From NCBI GenBank assembly GCA_040217575.1, contig JAVJPW010000008.1:139787-203786 (forward strand): a DNA stretch of 64,000 nt. Reading direction: 5' to 3'. This document shows, piece after piece, positions 9,323 through 18,043 of the stretch; position 1 is the first letter of the stretch, and every line of letters begins with the position of its first letter. Source of the stretch: Alphaproteobacteria bacterium. Its GTDB lineage: Bacteria > Pseudomonadota > Alphaproteobacteria > UBA8366 > Aestuariispiraceae. The notes under the pieces were generated by a model. The model worked only from the letters and a program-made list of their open reading frames with translations, did no database searches and was not told the origin of the DNA. Both the position numbers and the translations under genes were made by a program.

Positions 9323-10267
9323 CTAGAAACCGGTTTTCGCAGACCCGTCGCGCAAATGGGCCAGATATTGCGCGGCAAAGTCCATCCCGACTTCGTCTGA
9401 AAACAGTGCCATCAGTTGTTTGGCCACCGGACCGGCGAGGCCCAGATAGCTGCGGCCGTTCAGGCTTCGCAACGGGCAGACGCACAGGCTGGTCGACGTA
9501 AAGAACGCCTCTGTCGCGATGGATGCGCGATGCAGTGAGACGTCGGTTTCCACGACTTCAAACCCTGACTTTCTGGCAAGATCGATCACGACGGCACGCG
9601 TGACCCCCGGCAGGATGAACTCTTCCCTGGGCGTGTGAATCACCCCGTCGATCACGAAAAAGACGTTGCAACCGATCCCTTCCGCGATGTTACCGTTGCG
9701 GTCCAGCTGAAGTGCCCAGGCGCCGGGGTGGATGGCGCTGACTTCCCGCTGCGACAGTACCGCATTCATGTAGTTATTCATCTTTGCATTCGGGCTTAGG
9801 GCGTCCGGCGGAATGCGTTTCAGCGGCGCCGTCACGGCGTCGATTCCGTCCCGGAACATCGGCGCGCGTGCGCGCAGCGGCAGCGGCGTACATTCAATGA
9901 CGACTGTCGGCCCATCCTGGATCGGCGGCTCACCATCCAGCGGGACCGGACCGCTGGAAATCCGTTGGGAAACCCAGTAATCCTCGTTCGGGCCCAGAAG
10001 CGGTCGGTTTCTGGCAACCACCTGTTCCGTCACCTCGGCAATTTCATCGCGGTCCATGCCGATTGCAATCCGGCAATAGGCAAGACTGGAAAACAGGCGG
10101 TCGACATGGTTCCGCAGACGGAAAAGCACGCCATTGAACGTGCGCGCCGTGTCAAAAACCGCATCGCCATAGACGAACCCCGCATCACGGAAAGACAGCA
10201 GTGCACGGCTTTCCGGCAGAAACTCACCGTTCAGATAGACGGTGCGTTCATTCAGTCGCGTTTCCAT
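9323..10267 (-). CDS. Aminotransferase class IV (BCAT/ADC-lyase-like)
   Basis: GFVYGDAVFDTAR, PLP Lys in NAKMNNY, IAEGIGCNVF, ILPGVTR, EAFFTST. Confidence 0.9.
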   Translation of the reverse strand: METRLNERTVYLNGEFLPESRALLSFRDAGFVYGDAVFDTARTFNGVLFRLRNHVDRLFSSLAYCRIAIGMDRDEIAEVTEQVVARNRPLLGPNEDYWVSQRISSGPVPLDGEPPIQDGPTVVIECTPLPLRARAPMFRDGIDAVTAPLKRIPPDALSPNAKMNNYMNAVLSQREVSAIHPGAWALQLDRNGNIAEGIGCNVFFVIDGVIHTPREEFILPGVTRAVVIDLARKSGFEVVETDVSLHRASIATEAFFTSTSLCVCPLRSLNGRSYLGLAGPVAKQLMALFSDEVGMDFAAQYLAHLRDGSAKTGF

Positions 10268-10280
10268 TTAATCGATAATC

Positions 10281-11906
10281 TCAGGCTTCGGCCGCGCGTT
10301 CGCGCAGAACGAATTTCTGGACCTTGCCGGTCGATGTTTTCGGAAGCGGCCCGAAGACGACATAGCGGGGGCATTTGTAATGGGCGAGGTTGTCGCGGGC
10401 GAAGGCGATGATTTCTTCCGCGGTGGCTTCCTCACCATCCTTCAAGGTGACGAAGGCGCACGGCGTTTCGCCCCATTTTTCATCCGGCTTGGCGACAACC
10501 GCGGCCTCCAGAACCTTTGGATGCTGGTACAGCGTGTTTTCCACTTCGATGGTAGAGATATTCTCCCCGCCTGAAATGATCACGTCCTTCGACCGGTCCT
10601 TGAGTTCGATGAACCCGTCCGGGTGCCAGACCCCCAGGTCACCTGAATGGAACCAGCCACCGGCAAAGGCCTCTTCCGTCGCGGCCTCATTCTTCAGGTA
10701 ACCCCGCATGACGATGTTGCCGCGGAAATAGACCTCACCCATCGTCTGTCCATCCCGCGGCACAGGTTCGTTGGTTTGCGGGTCGGCTACGATCAGGTCT
10801 TCCAGGACATGATACCCGACCCCCTGGCGCGCTTTCATCCTGGACCGTTCATCCGGCGGCAATTCGCTCCATTGATCCTTCCATTCGCATACGACCGACG
10901 GGCCGTATGTTTCCGTCAGGCCATAGACATGGGTGATGTGGAACCCTTCTTCTTCCATTCGGCGAAGAACCGCCGCCGGTGGCGGCGCGGCGGCGGTCAT
11001 GACCTCGACCGTGTGGGGAAGCGGCCGGCGTTCCGACGGTTTGGCATTGATCACCATACCAAGAACGATGGGCGCACCACAGAAATGAGTGACCTTCTGT
11101 TCGTCGATCGCCTGAAAGATATTGGCTGCAGTCACCTGACGCAGGCAGACGCTGGTTCCCGCAATCGCCGCCAACGTCCACGGAAAACACCAGCCGTTGC
11201 AGTGGAACATCGGCAGTGTCCAAAGATAGCGCGCACCATTGCGGATATTCCAGCTGACAACATTGCCCAGCGCGAGGAGATAGGCGCCCCGACTGTGATA
11301 GACGACGCCTTTCGGATTGCCGGTGGTGCCGCTGGTATAGTTCAGCGTCACGGCCTGCCATTCATCGTCGGGAAGGGCGAATTCGAACTCCGGGTCGCCT
11401 TCGGCGATGAACGCTTCGTATTCCATTTCGCCAAGCGCCTTGCCCGGATTGGCGGCCAGTGGATCGTCAATATCGATGACTGTGATTTCCCGACCGATTT
11501 CCGCCAGCGCCGGTTCCATGATCGCAGCATATTCCCTGTCCGTGATCAGGATCTTCGCTTCACCGTGATTCAGGATGAAGGCAATATTCGACGCGTCGAG
11601 CCTGGTGTTCAGCGCGTTCAGGACGGCACCGACCATCAGCACACCAAAATGCGCCTCATACAGTGCGGGAACGTTCGGCGCCATGACTGCAACCGTATCC
11701 CCCTTACCGATGCCGCGCTGGTGAAGGGCCGACGCAAGCTGGCGGCAACGCCGTTCCGTCTGCGCCCAGGTATAGGCCGTTTCGCCGTGAATGACGGAAA
11801 GACTGTCGGGGTGAACATGGGCGGCGCGCCGCAGAAAACTGAGCGGCGAAAGACTGGAATAGTTTGCCTGGTTTCGGTCGAGACCGATTTCATACGCATT
11901 CGTCAT
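10281..11906 (-). CDS. Acyl-CoA synthetase (AMP-binding, medium-chain/AAE-like)
   Basis: YTSGTTGNPKG, YGLTETYGP, GWFHSGDLG, DRSKDVIISGGENIS, PKTSTGKVQK. Confidence 0.92.
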   Translation of the reverse strand: MTNAYEIGLDRNQANYSSLSPLSFLRRAAHVHPDSLSVIHGETAYTWAQTERRCRQLASALHQRGIGKGDTVAVMAPNVPALYEAHFGVLMVGAVLNALNTRLDASNIAFILNHGEAKILITDREYAAIMEPALAEIGREITVIDIDDPLAANPGKALGEMEYEAFIAEGDPEFEFALPDDEWQAVTLNYTSGTTGNPKGVVYHSRGAYLLALGNVVSWNIRNGARYLWTLPMFHCNGWCFPWTLAAIAGTSVCLRQVTAANIFQAIDEQKVTHFCGAPIVLGMVINAKPSERRPLPHTVEVMTAAAPPPAAVLRRMEEEGFHITHVYGLTETYGPSVVCEWKDQWSELPPDERSRMKARQGVGYHVLEDLIVADPQTNEPVPRDGQTMGEVYFRGNIVMRGYLKNEAATEEAFAGGWFHSGDLGVWHPDGFIELKDRSKDVIISGGENISTIEVENTLYQHPKVLEAAVVAKPDEKWGETPCAFVTLKDGEEATAEEIIAFARDNLAHYKCPRYVVFGPLPKTSTGKVQKFVLRERAAEA

Positions 11907-12008
11907 GGCCGCTTACCCCCCGGAGAAAAGCTTTCTTATGCAACTTGATCCCTACTTTATCCCAAGACCGGGAAAACCTGTCCAGAAGGGAGGCGGCCAA
12001 ATTGCATT

Positions 12009-12590
12009 CTACTGGTTTGCGGCAGGGTTATCAGATGCGGTGCCCGGTTCGCGCCGCAGGGCAAGCAGCAACTGTTCGCCAAGACCGGGTCGGTCGTCAC
12101 CGGCCTCCCGCCGTTTGTCGTCCGACCGGCGATAGACATAAATACCCAGAACCGACAGACCGACCGTCCATATCGTGCCCAGGGAGGCGATCGCCGAAAT
12201 GACGGTGCCGGCGCTTTCCGGGTCGGCCACCACCGCATAGGCAATGGCGCCCATCTGCGCGGCCCAGGTCAACGCCATGATATAGCCGAATGTCGGCCGC
12301 ATGCGCCGGACATAGGCATCTTCGCTCTTTGCTTCGGCACGGATGGTCCGGTTTACCTGTTCCAACCATGTCCGGTCCGTTCGGGATTCAAGTTCGGACA
12401 TGGCCTCTACATGGCGATTCATTTCCATCAGATCGTCGCCGCTCAACCGACCGGATTCAATTTCCGCATCCAGTTGGGAAAGCGCATCGCCGGCGGCCTG
12501 TGCGACGGAGTTTTCGGATCGGGACAACGCGCCTCCGATAGCGCGGGCCAACAGGGGAATACCAACCTGGGCCAAGAGGGCAGGAAGCAT
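12009..12590 (-). CDS. 3TM-type holin (GTA_holin_3TM/DUF3154-like)
   Basis: Amphipathic N-terminus, AEAKSEDAYVRRMRPTFGY motif followed by hydrophobic helices, basic C-terminal YRRSDDK; last gene of phage cluster. Confidence 0.7.
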   Translation of the reverse strand: MLPALLAQVGIPLLARAIGGALSRSENSVAQAAGDALSQLDAEIESGRLSGDDLMEMNRHVEAMSELESRTDRTWLEQVNRTIRAEAKSEDAYVRRMRPTFGYIMALTWAAQMGAIAYAVVADPESAGTVISAIASLGTIWTVGLSVLGIYVYRRSDDKRREAGDDRPGLGEQLLLALRREPGTASDNPAANQ

Positions 12591-12647
12591 GGTCTTATTC
12601 TCCTAATCGTCGAGATGGGCCGAAGGCACGCAAGACGCGTGTGGGGG

Positions 12648-12956
12648 TCAGCGGCCCGGGTCGGCACTCTGTGCCCGGCGGTCCAATTTGGATTCGATGC
12701 GCAAAAGATGATCGGTCAATCGGTGTTCAAGGTCCTTGAGCTGGGCGGTCGACGCATAGCTCTTGGCCACTTCCAGTTTGTAGGCGCCCAGGGCCTCCCG
12801 TGCGCGCGCGACCGCTGTTTCGATCCTTTGGCGATGCTGATCCAATGCAACATCCTGATCGCGCCGGGTTCGCCACAACAGCCACCAGAGGCTGGTTATC
12901 AGCGGAACTTCACCGACCGCAATCCACCAAAGCAGGTCTTGAGACGCCTCTGGCAT
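12648..12956 (-). CDS. Phage-associated membrane-anchored coiled-coil protein
   Basis: N-terminal hydrophobic segment (LLWWIAVGEVPLITSLWWLLW), then coiled coil ending LLRIESKLD; between terminase and holin. Confidence 0.7.
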   Translation of the reverse strand: MPEASQDLLWWIAVGEVPLITSLWWLLWRTRRDQDVALDQHRQRIETAVARAREALGAYKLEVAKSYASTAQLKDLEHRLTDHLLRIESKLDRRAQSADPGR

Positions 12957-12992
12957 CGGAAGCTTCCTTTCCTATGGATTTAAAATTTGTGG

Positions 12993-14474
12993 TCAGACAG
13001 AGAACTCGCTGGGTGCAAGGACGGTATGGTCATGCCCGCGCCAGTTTTTCCTGTTTTCGACCGGGCCGTGCCGCGGAAGGCGGACAGGCTCCATCAGCAA
13101 GCACCCGGCGACGGCATCGAGGCCATCATCGCGGGCAGCGGTTCCATCGGGTCGCCATTCCCGCATCTCTGCCGGAAAAGCCGTATCCCAAACCGATGTG
13201 TGACATAGGATCTGCGACGCCGCGAGACTGGCATCGAACGCTTCCAGTATTCTGGTTTCCTTCGACTTTGACGAATGATGTTCGCGGACTGCGCAGGCTA
13301 CGCCGCAGGCGGCCATTTCCGACCGAAGCAACCCCGGCAGAAAGCGGCCAATGCCATTCGTTTCAATCGTGACGCTGGGCAGGAAGTTTCGGCGGGCAAA
13401 CCGCACGACAGCGCGGCACTGCTGTCGGGCCTCGTCCATCGCAAGACCCGGGTCCGTTTCCAGATATAGGACACGATGAAGCCGATAAAGCCCGTCATCA
13501 CCGGTAAAGACACAGGCAACCACGGAAGCATCGCCGGCCCCCTTTGCCCCATATGCGGGGTCCCACCAGGCGGATGCGGACCGCATTCGTATATCATCCA
13601 GCATCAGGATCGCCTCGCCATTGCGTTCCAACAGTTCGAGCCGGGCGTCGTAGAGACGCATTCGACCGGGATCCAGCCGAATATCACCGGACGCCACCGG
13701 CTTCAGCATCATCTGACTTTGGAATTTCGCATCCCCATGACGCCGACGGATGCTTTCCACAGCTTCTCTATCGTATCGTTCCGGCCAGGACGACGACCCG
13801 TCCGCCTTCAGGATCGGCATTTCAAAGCGGAGAAAACCCGCCAGAAACGCCTGAGTTTCGCCCAGTTCCGGCTGCGCCCTTTCCGCATAGATGGTATGGT
13901 AAGTGTGGGGTGTCCCCACATAAATCTGCGTGCCGCCGGGCACCAGAATGTAGTCCGCTTCGGCCAGACGTTCCCTCAGATCCGACCGCTTCGGTGCGGT
14001 GTCGCACGTGTTCGGCACCTCCACATCGTCGAAGACAATGACGTCCGCTCGGCTGCCGGTGAGGTTGGCGCTGATACCGCGCGCCATCATCGACGGGTCG
14101 CGCAGTTCCAGATCTCGATCGATGGTAAACCTGTCGGCGGCCCATTGATCCGACCGTTCCGGCTTCAGGCCATGGGTCAGTGGATGTCGTTCCAGCACAC
14201 GCTTGACGTTTCGAACCATACGCGTGGCCAGGTCCTGTTCCGCTGCCAGAACAAGTATCCGCAAGTTGCGGTTCCGACCCAGCAGCCACGCACAGAAAAG
14301 CCCCACAAGGGTCGACTTTCCGGCGGCCCGAAACGCCATCAGAAGAAGACGGGTATCGCCACCGGACCAACGCGCGTTCAACCATCGGCAAATTCGACGA
14401 TGCGCCAGCGGCGTTTCAACGCCTTGATGCCGGTTCCAGATCCAGACGAATTCAAGAAATGTGCATTTCTCCAT
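12993..14474 (-). CDS. Terminase large subunit, T7 gp19-like
   Basis: Walker A MAFRAAGKS, LTGSRADVIVFDDVEVP (compare T7 gp19 LTGSRADIIIADDVEIP), RNase-H-like nuclease WDPA...GDASV, ETNG, DDGLDA. Confidence 0.92.
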   Translation of the reverse strand: MEKCTFLEFVWIWNRHQGVETPLAHRRICRWLNARWSGGDTRLLLMAFRAAGKSTLVGLFCAWLLGRNRNLRILVLAAEQDLATRMVRNVKRVLERHPLTHGLKPERSDQWAADRFTIDRDLELRDPSMMARGISANLTGSRADVIVFDDVEVPNTCDTAPKRSDLRERLAEADYILVPGGTQIYVGTPHTYHTIYAERAQPELGETQAFLAGFLRFEMPILKADGSSSWPERYDREAVESIRRRHGDAKFQSQMMLKPVASGDIRLDPGRMRLYDARLELLERNGEAILMLDDIRMRSASAWWDPAYGAKGAGDASVVACVFTGDDGLYRLHRVLYLETDPGLAMDEARQQCRAVVRFARRNFLPSVTIETNGIGRFLPGLLRSEMAACGVACAVREHHSSKSKETRILEAFDASLAASQILCHTSVWDTAFPAEMREWRPDGTAARDDGLDAVAGCLLMEPVRLPRHGPVENRKNWRGHDHTVLAPSEFSV

Positions 14475-14477
14475 CTT

Positions 14478-14822
14478 CTATGGGTCCTCTTCGGCGGACG
14501 AAGCATCCGCAGCAAGAGCCAGGCGCGCCGCTGACAAATAGGCTTCGACCTCTCCCTTTTTCCCTTGGTCGGCGACTTGTTCCTTCTCCAGGGCGGTTTC
14601 CGCCAGCTTGATAATCTGTTCGATATGGGCGAGCGCCGCCTTCGCGCCGGTGTGAGTTGCAACAAAACTCTTCGGGTCGTCGGATTGCCCGGTTAGCGCA
14701 ATACGTTGATAGGCGGCAATTGCCGCATCCAGCATTTCCGGCAGCCGCCTGATGAGTTCCTTGCGCAGTTGCTGTGCCTGCGTCCGGCGACGTGCCGGGC
14801 CAGATTTCGGTCTTGGTGCCAT
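14478..14822 (-). CDS. Hypothetical helical protein, candidate small terminase
   Basis: 114 aa, basic N-terminus, ends 3 nt before large terminase start; function assigned by position only. Confidence 0.6.
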   Translation of the reverse strand: MAPRPKSGPARRRTQAQQLRKELIRRLPEMLDAAIAAYQRIALTGQSDDPKSFVATHTGAKAALAHIEQIIKLAETALEKEQVADQGKKGEVEAYLSAARLALAADASSAEEDP

Positions 14823-14860
14823 GTGGTTGTCTGTCCTGTTTTCGGCCTGCGCGGCGGCAG

Positions 14861-14890
14861 GAAAAACCCCGCCGGCAGGCCGGCGGGGTC
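14861..14890 (-). terminator. Intrinsic terminator between tail-fibre gene and terminase module
   Basis: ACCCCGCCGGC-ct-GCCGGCGGGGT hairpin followed by TTTT on the minus strand. Confidence 0.75.
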
Positions 14891-15063
14891 AGAAGAACGA
14901 TGTTAGGTTGGGGAGGCCGGGGCTAAAACAAGCGCTGCTCCCAATCCGGCCAATGTCCGTCGTATTCAGGGCCGTTTCGACAACTACCCCGAATATGTTT
15001 GGGTGTTTTCACGCAGGCCGCCGAATATCCGTGTACGGAATTGCAATTTCCCTGCCCTGCCGG

Positions 15064-17550
15064 TTACAGCGACAAGGGCTGGTCGGCTTGAAGCGCCCAT
15101 CGATGCAAACGAACTTCCTTTTCATTGGTGACCTCAAGTTTCACGACGCAATCTGTGCCCGTCCCCATGCTCTCAATATTGGCCGAACCGGAATAGATAC
15201 ATCGCGGGGAACCGGAAAATGAAGCCGGCGTCAGGGTCACCGCCGTCCAGGTCGCACCGCCATCACGGCTTACCGAAGCGGAAAAGTCGGTATTTTCTTC
15301 CGCGTCACCGACCTTCTCAAGGTCAATGATTGCACGAAGCTCGGTCGGGTCGGCGGATGCGGTGACGGGATTGCTGACTAGGGTCATATCCAATCCGATG
15401 GCGTGATCCTGCTCTATCCAGAAGCACCAGTCCGAACCGGGGTCGTTTGTTCCGGCCGTACGCATTGCGCCATCCGGATATCCGCCGGCATCATCATACT
15501 TGACCCGGAACGTCGTTTCCGGATCAGCCACCAACCAGTATTTCGTCGCAGGCGTCGGCGTGAACGGAATGTCAAAGGTGAAAAGACAGGTGGCGGCCGC
15601 ACTGTTCATGTCTCTGCTGATGTCTACCGTACAGGCCGCGAGGGCCCCCGCGGCAATGTCCGGTGCATCACCATTGTCGCCGAAGATGGCGAAGACGACT
15701 TCATTTGATGTTCCGAGCCCGGTCCCGTCGTAAAGTGCAAGCCCGCCGCCGATAATTCTGTTTCCGGTAGACACTTCGAAGGATTGTGCATAGTCACCCG
15801 CCGAGGAAGAACCGACAATCTGTGTGTAATGACCGGATGTCCAATCTTCGTTGAAAAAGACGTCCCCGCTCGTGACAGGAAACACACCGCATTTGACCGA
15901 GGACAGATACACATACGATCCGCCGGCCCCACTCTCCGCGCTGATCCCAATTCGCGTTTCACCGTCGCTGCCAGTCGAATCGGTCTCGTAATCCTGTTCG
16001 GACTGATCGACGATCTTTTCACCATCGAGCCAGACCTTGATGTCAGAAATGCAATTGCTGCTGTCCAATCGCTGCCAGATGGTCAGGACATACCAGACAT
16101 CGTCAACAAAGGTCCCGGCATCACTCAGGAAATGGTATGTGTTTACGCCCCCTCCACGGTTCTTGACCAGGCGTCCGTTGCCGTCGATCGACAGCAAGGA
16201 CCGCCGCCCCGAATCGTGTGTCGTGTATATCTGCAATGCCGGATAGACTGCGGTGCCACCATCGGCAAACGCTCCCAGCGCCGCAATGTCGGAGAACCGT
16301 AATTCCATCGAGACCAAACTCTCCGAGCCCCAATGGCCTATATCCTTGTAGATATGAGCATAGCTGTTGGCTTGCGGGCTGGTGGAAACCAGGGAAATGC
16401 ACGATTTCCCACCAACAGATCCTGCGGAGGCATCAACGTCACCGGTGTTGTTTTCGCTGATAGTCCAGCCATTGAGAGCCCCGCTACCGTCGAATGCCGT
16501 ATCGTCCACCCCGGCGTCACACGCAACAATCGCGGCGCTTCTGTTGGTGATATAGCCCGGAATAGACTTATGGGTGACGTTGGACGAGTTAGCGTTGTCC
16601 AATCCGGTTGTGTCGGAAAAGACATCGAGATACGTATTAATCAAAGCTTTCGGCCCAAGCCCGTCGATGCGTGCCAATTCCCATGCCGTTACAAGGGCAA
16701 GGTCAGCGGTATTGGCCAGCGCGGTCACATTTGTACTGATCGTGTCCAGCAGATTTCCGTCCGCATCCGGATCCCGGCCATTTATGGTCTCCACATTCGT
16801 AATTGACTGGGCTCCCATGTCGAGCGGCCCGGTCATTGAGGCCGATCCGTCCCGGGCGAGATATATATCGGCCGTCGCAATCGCCTCCGTCCATCCAGAC
16901 CCGGTATAGGCCATCAGGCTTTCAAGGCCTGTGTCGAAATAGAAGTCCCCCGCCTGTAACGGTGAACCGTCAATCCGGGTGATGGGTTGGTTCTCCAAAT
17001 TACCGGTTCCCAGATAGATCAGTGCGAAACTGGATATGTTGCCGCTGATCTTTGCGTTCACCGTTTCCGGTCTCCCGTCCAGGTCAAAACTCAGCAACAT
17101 GCCGGCGCGATCTTTGACAGTCGGCAAGACCAGTTCAATATCCGTGTCGTATGGCTGGCGATGTATTGAATCGCCGACCAACGCCTCTGTTTGCTGCAAC
17201 AGCAACGCCGTCCGATCCAGTTCATCGTTCAGGACCGCAGCCCGAAGGTCCGCTCCCGGCGTGAAATCTGTGGTACGCTGAAAGGGCATATCGCGCCACA
17301 TCGTCACACGGGCGCCATCAGCGGGTATGACGGACAGTTGAACAGATCCTCCGGTAGGTTCTCCTACACCGGAAACGGTGTAGTCGGTGCTGTCCAAAAC
17401 TGTAGCATTCACGGCAACCTTGAGGTCACTCGCAGCAAGAACCGGAAAGTCGAAATCAAATGTATCTGTGGCGTTCTCACCCGCGCCTTGCAGAACCTGA
17501 ACGCGCGGGCGGATGTCATTGATCAGAATGTCGGGCATGGCTAACTCCAA
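15064..17550 (-). CDS. Tail fibre / receptor-binding protein
   Basis: N-terminus resembles T7 gp17-type adaptor (TDTFDFDFPVLAASDLKV...DYTVSG...RTTDF...LNDELDR); Gly/Ser/Thr/Asp beta-rich body; C-terminal SVSRDGGATWTAVTL motif; follows tail tube genes. Confidence 0.82.
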   Translation of the reverse strand: MELAMPDILINDIRPRVQVLQGAGENATDTFDFDFPVLAASDLKVAVNATVLDSTDYTVSGVGEPTGGSVQLSVIPADGARVTMWRDMPFQRTTDFTPGADLRAAVLNDELDRTALLLQQTEALVGDSIHRQPYDTDIELVLPTVKDRAGMLLSFDLDGRPETVNAKISGNISSFALIYLGTGNLENQPITRIDGSPLQAGDFYFDTGLESLMAYTGSGWTEAIATADIYLARDGSASMTGPLDMGAQSITNVETINGRDPDADGNLLDTISTNVTALANTADLALVTAWELARIDGLGPKALINTYLDVFSDTTGLDNANSSNVTHKSIPGYITNRSAAIVACDAGVDDTAFDGSGALNGWTISENNTGDVDASAGSVGGKSCISLVSTSPQANSYAHIYKDIGHWGSESLVSMELRFSDIAALGAFADGGTAVYPALQIYTTHDSGRRSLLSIDGNGRLVKNRGGGVNTYHFLSDAGTFVDDVWYVLTIWQRLDSSNCISDIKVWLDGEKIVDQSEQDYETDSTGSDGETRIGISAESGAGGSYVYLSSVKCGVFPVTSGDVFFNEDWTSGHYTQIVGSSSAGDYAQSFEVSTGNRIIGGGLALYDGTGLGTSNEVVFAIFGDNGDAPDIAAGALAACTVDISRDMNSAAATCLFTFDIPFTPTPATKYWLVADPETTFRVKYDDAGGYPDGAMRTAGTNDPGSDWCFWIEQDHAIGLDMTLVSNPVTASADPTELRAIIDLEKVGDAEENTDFSASVSRDGGATWTAVTLTPASFSGSPRCIYSGSANIESMGTGTDCVVKLEVTNEKEVRLHRWALQADQPLSL

Positions 17551-17587
17551 AGACGGATTGTTATGGTTTCAGGGTTCTTGGGCGTCG

Positions 17588-18043
17588 TCAGGGACCCGGC
17601 TCTTCTTGCGGTTCGGACTCTTCGATCACAGACCCAAGCGTGACCAGCGACTGTCCGATTTCCAGGATTGAGCCGAATGGATCGTCATCCGAAAGCAAAC
17701 TTCCGGCCTGTGGCGATGCGTTGAACAAGGAACGGCCTTCGGCCAGTTGTTCGTCGAACTTCTTGTTGAGCCCCCGAAGAACAGCGGCACCGGAACCATC
17801 CCCAACCCCGGCCCCCGAGGCACCGAGCCGCGCCCGTGCAGACGCTTCCGCCGAACGCCGTTCGCGCTCCAGTCTGCGTTCCTCGATCTGTTGCCGCAAA
17901 GTAGCGTGGCGCTGCTGCTGGGCGGCGTGGGCTGCCTGTTTCCTTCGCTGGCGGTTAGATTGCTGTATGCCGTGAAGTGTCGAAGCGACCGCCATGATCG
18001 CCTGTATCTCTGCCATCGTGATTCTCCATTGCGTGTCATTCAC
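17588..18043 (-). CDS. Small virion protein, possible internal/ejection protein (T7 gp14-like)
   Basis: Gln/Arg/Ala coiled coil then ARARLGASGAGVGDGSGAAVL; position after tail tube B matches internal virion genes. Confidence 0.55.
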   Translation of the reverse strand: MNDTQWRITMAEIQAIMAVASTLHGIQQSNRQRRKQAAHAAQQQRHATLRQQIEERRLERERRSAEASARARLGASGAGVGDGSGAAVLRGLNKKFDEQLAEGRSLFNASPQAGSLLSDDDPFGSILEIGQSLVTLGSVIEESEPQEEPGP

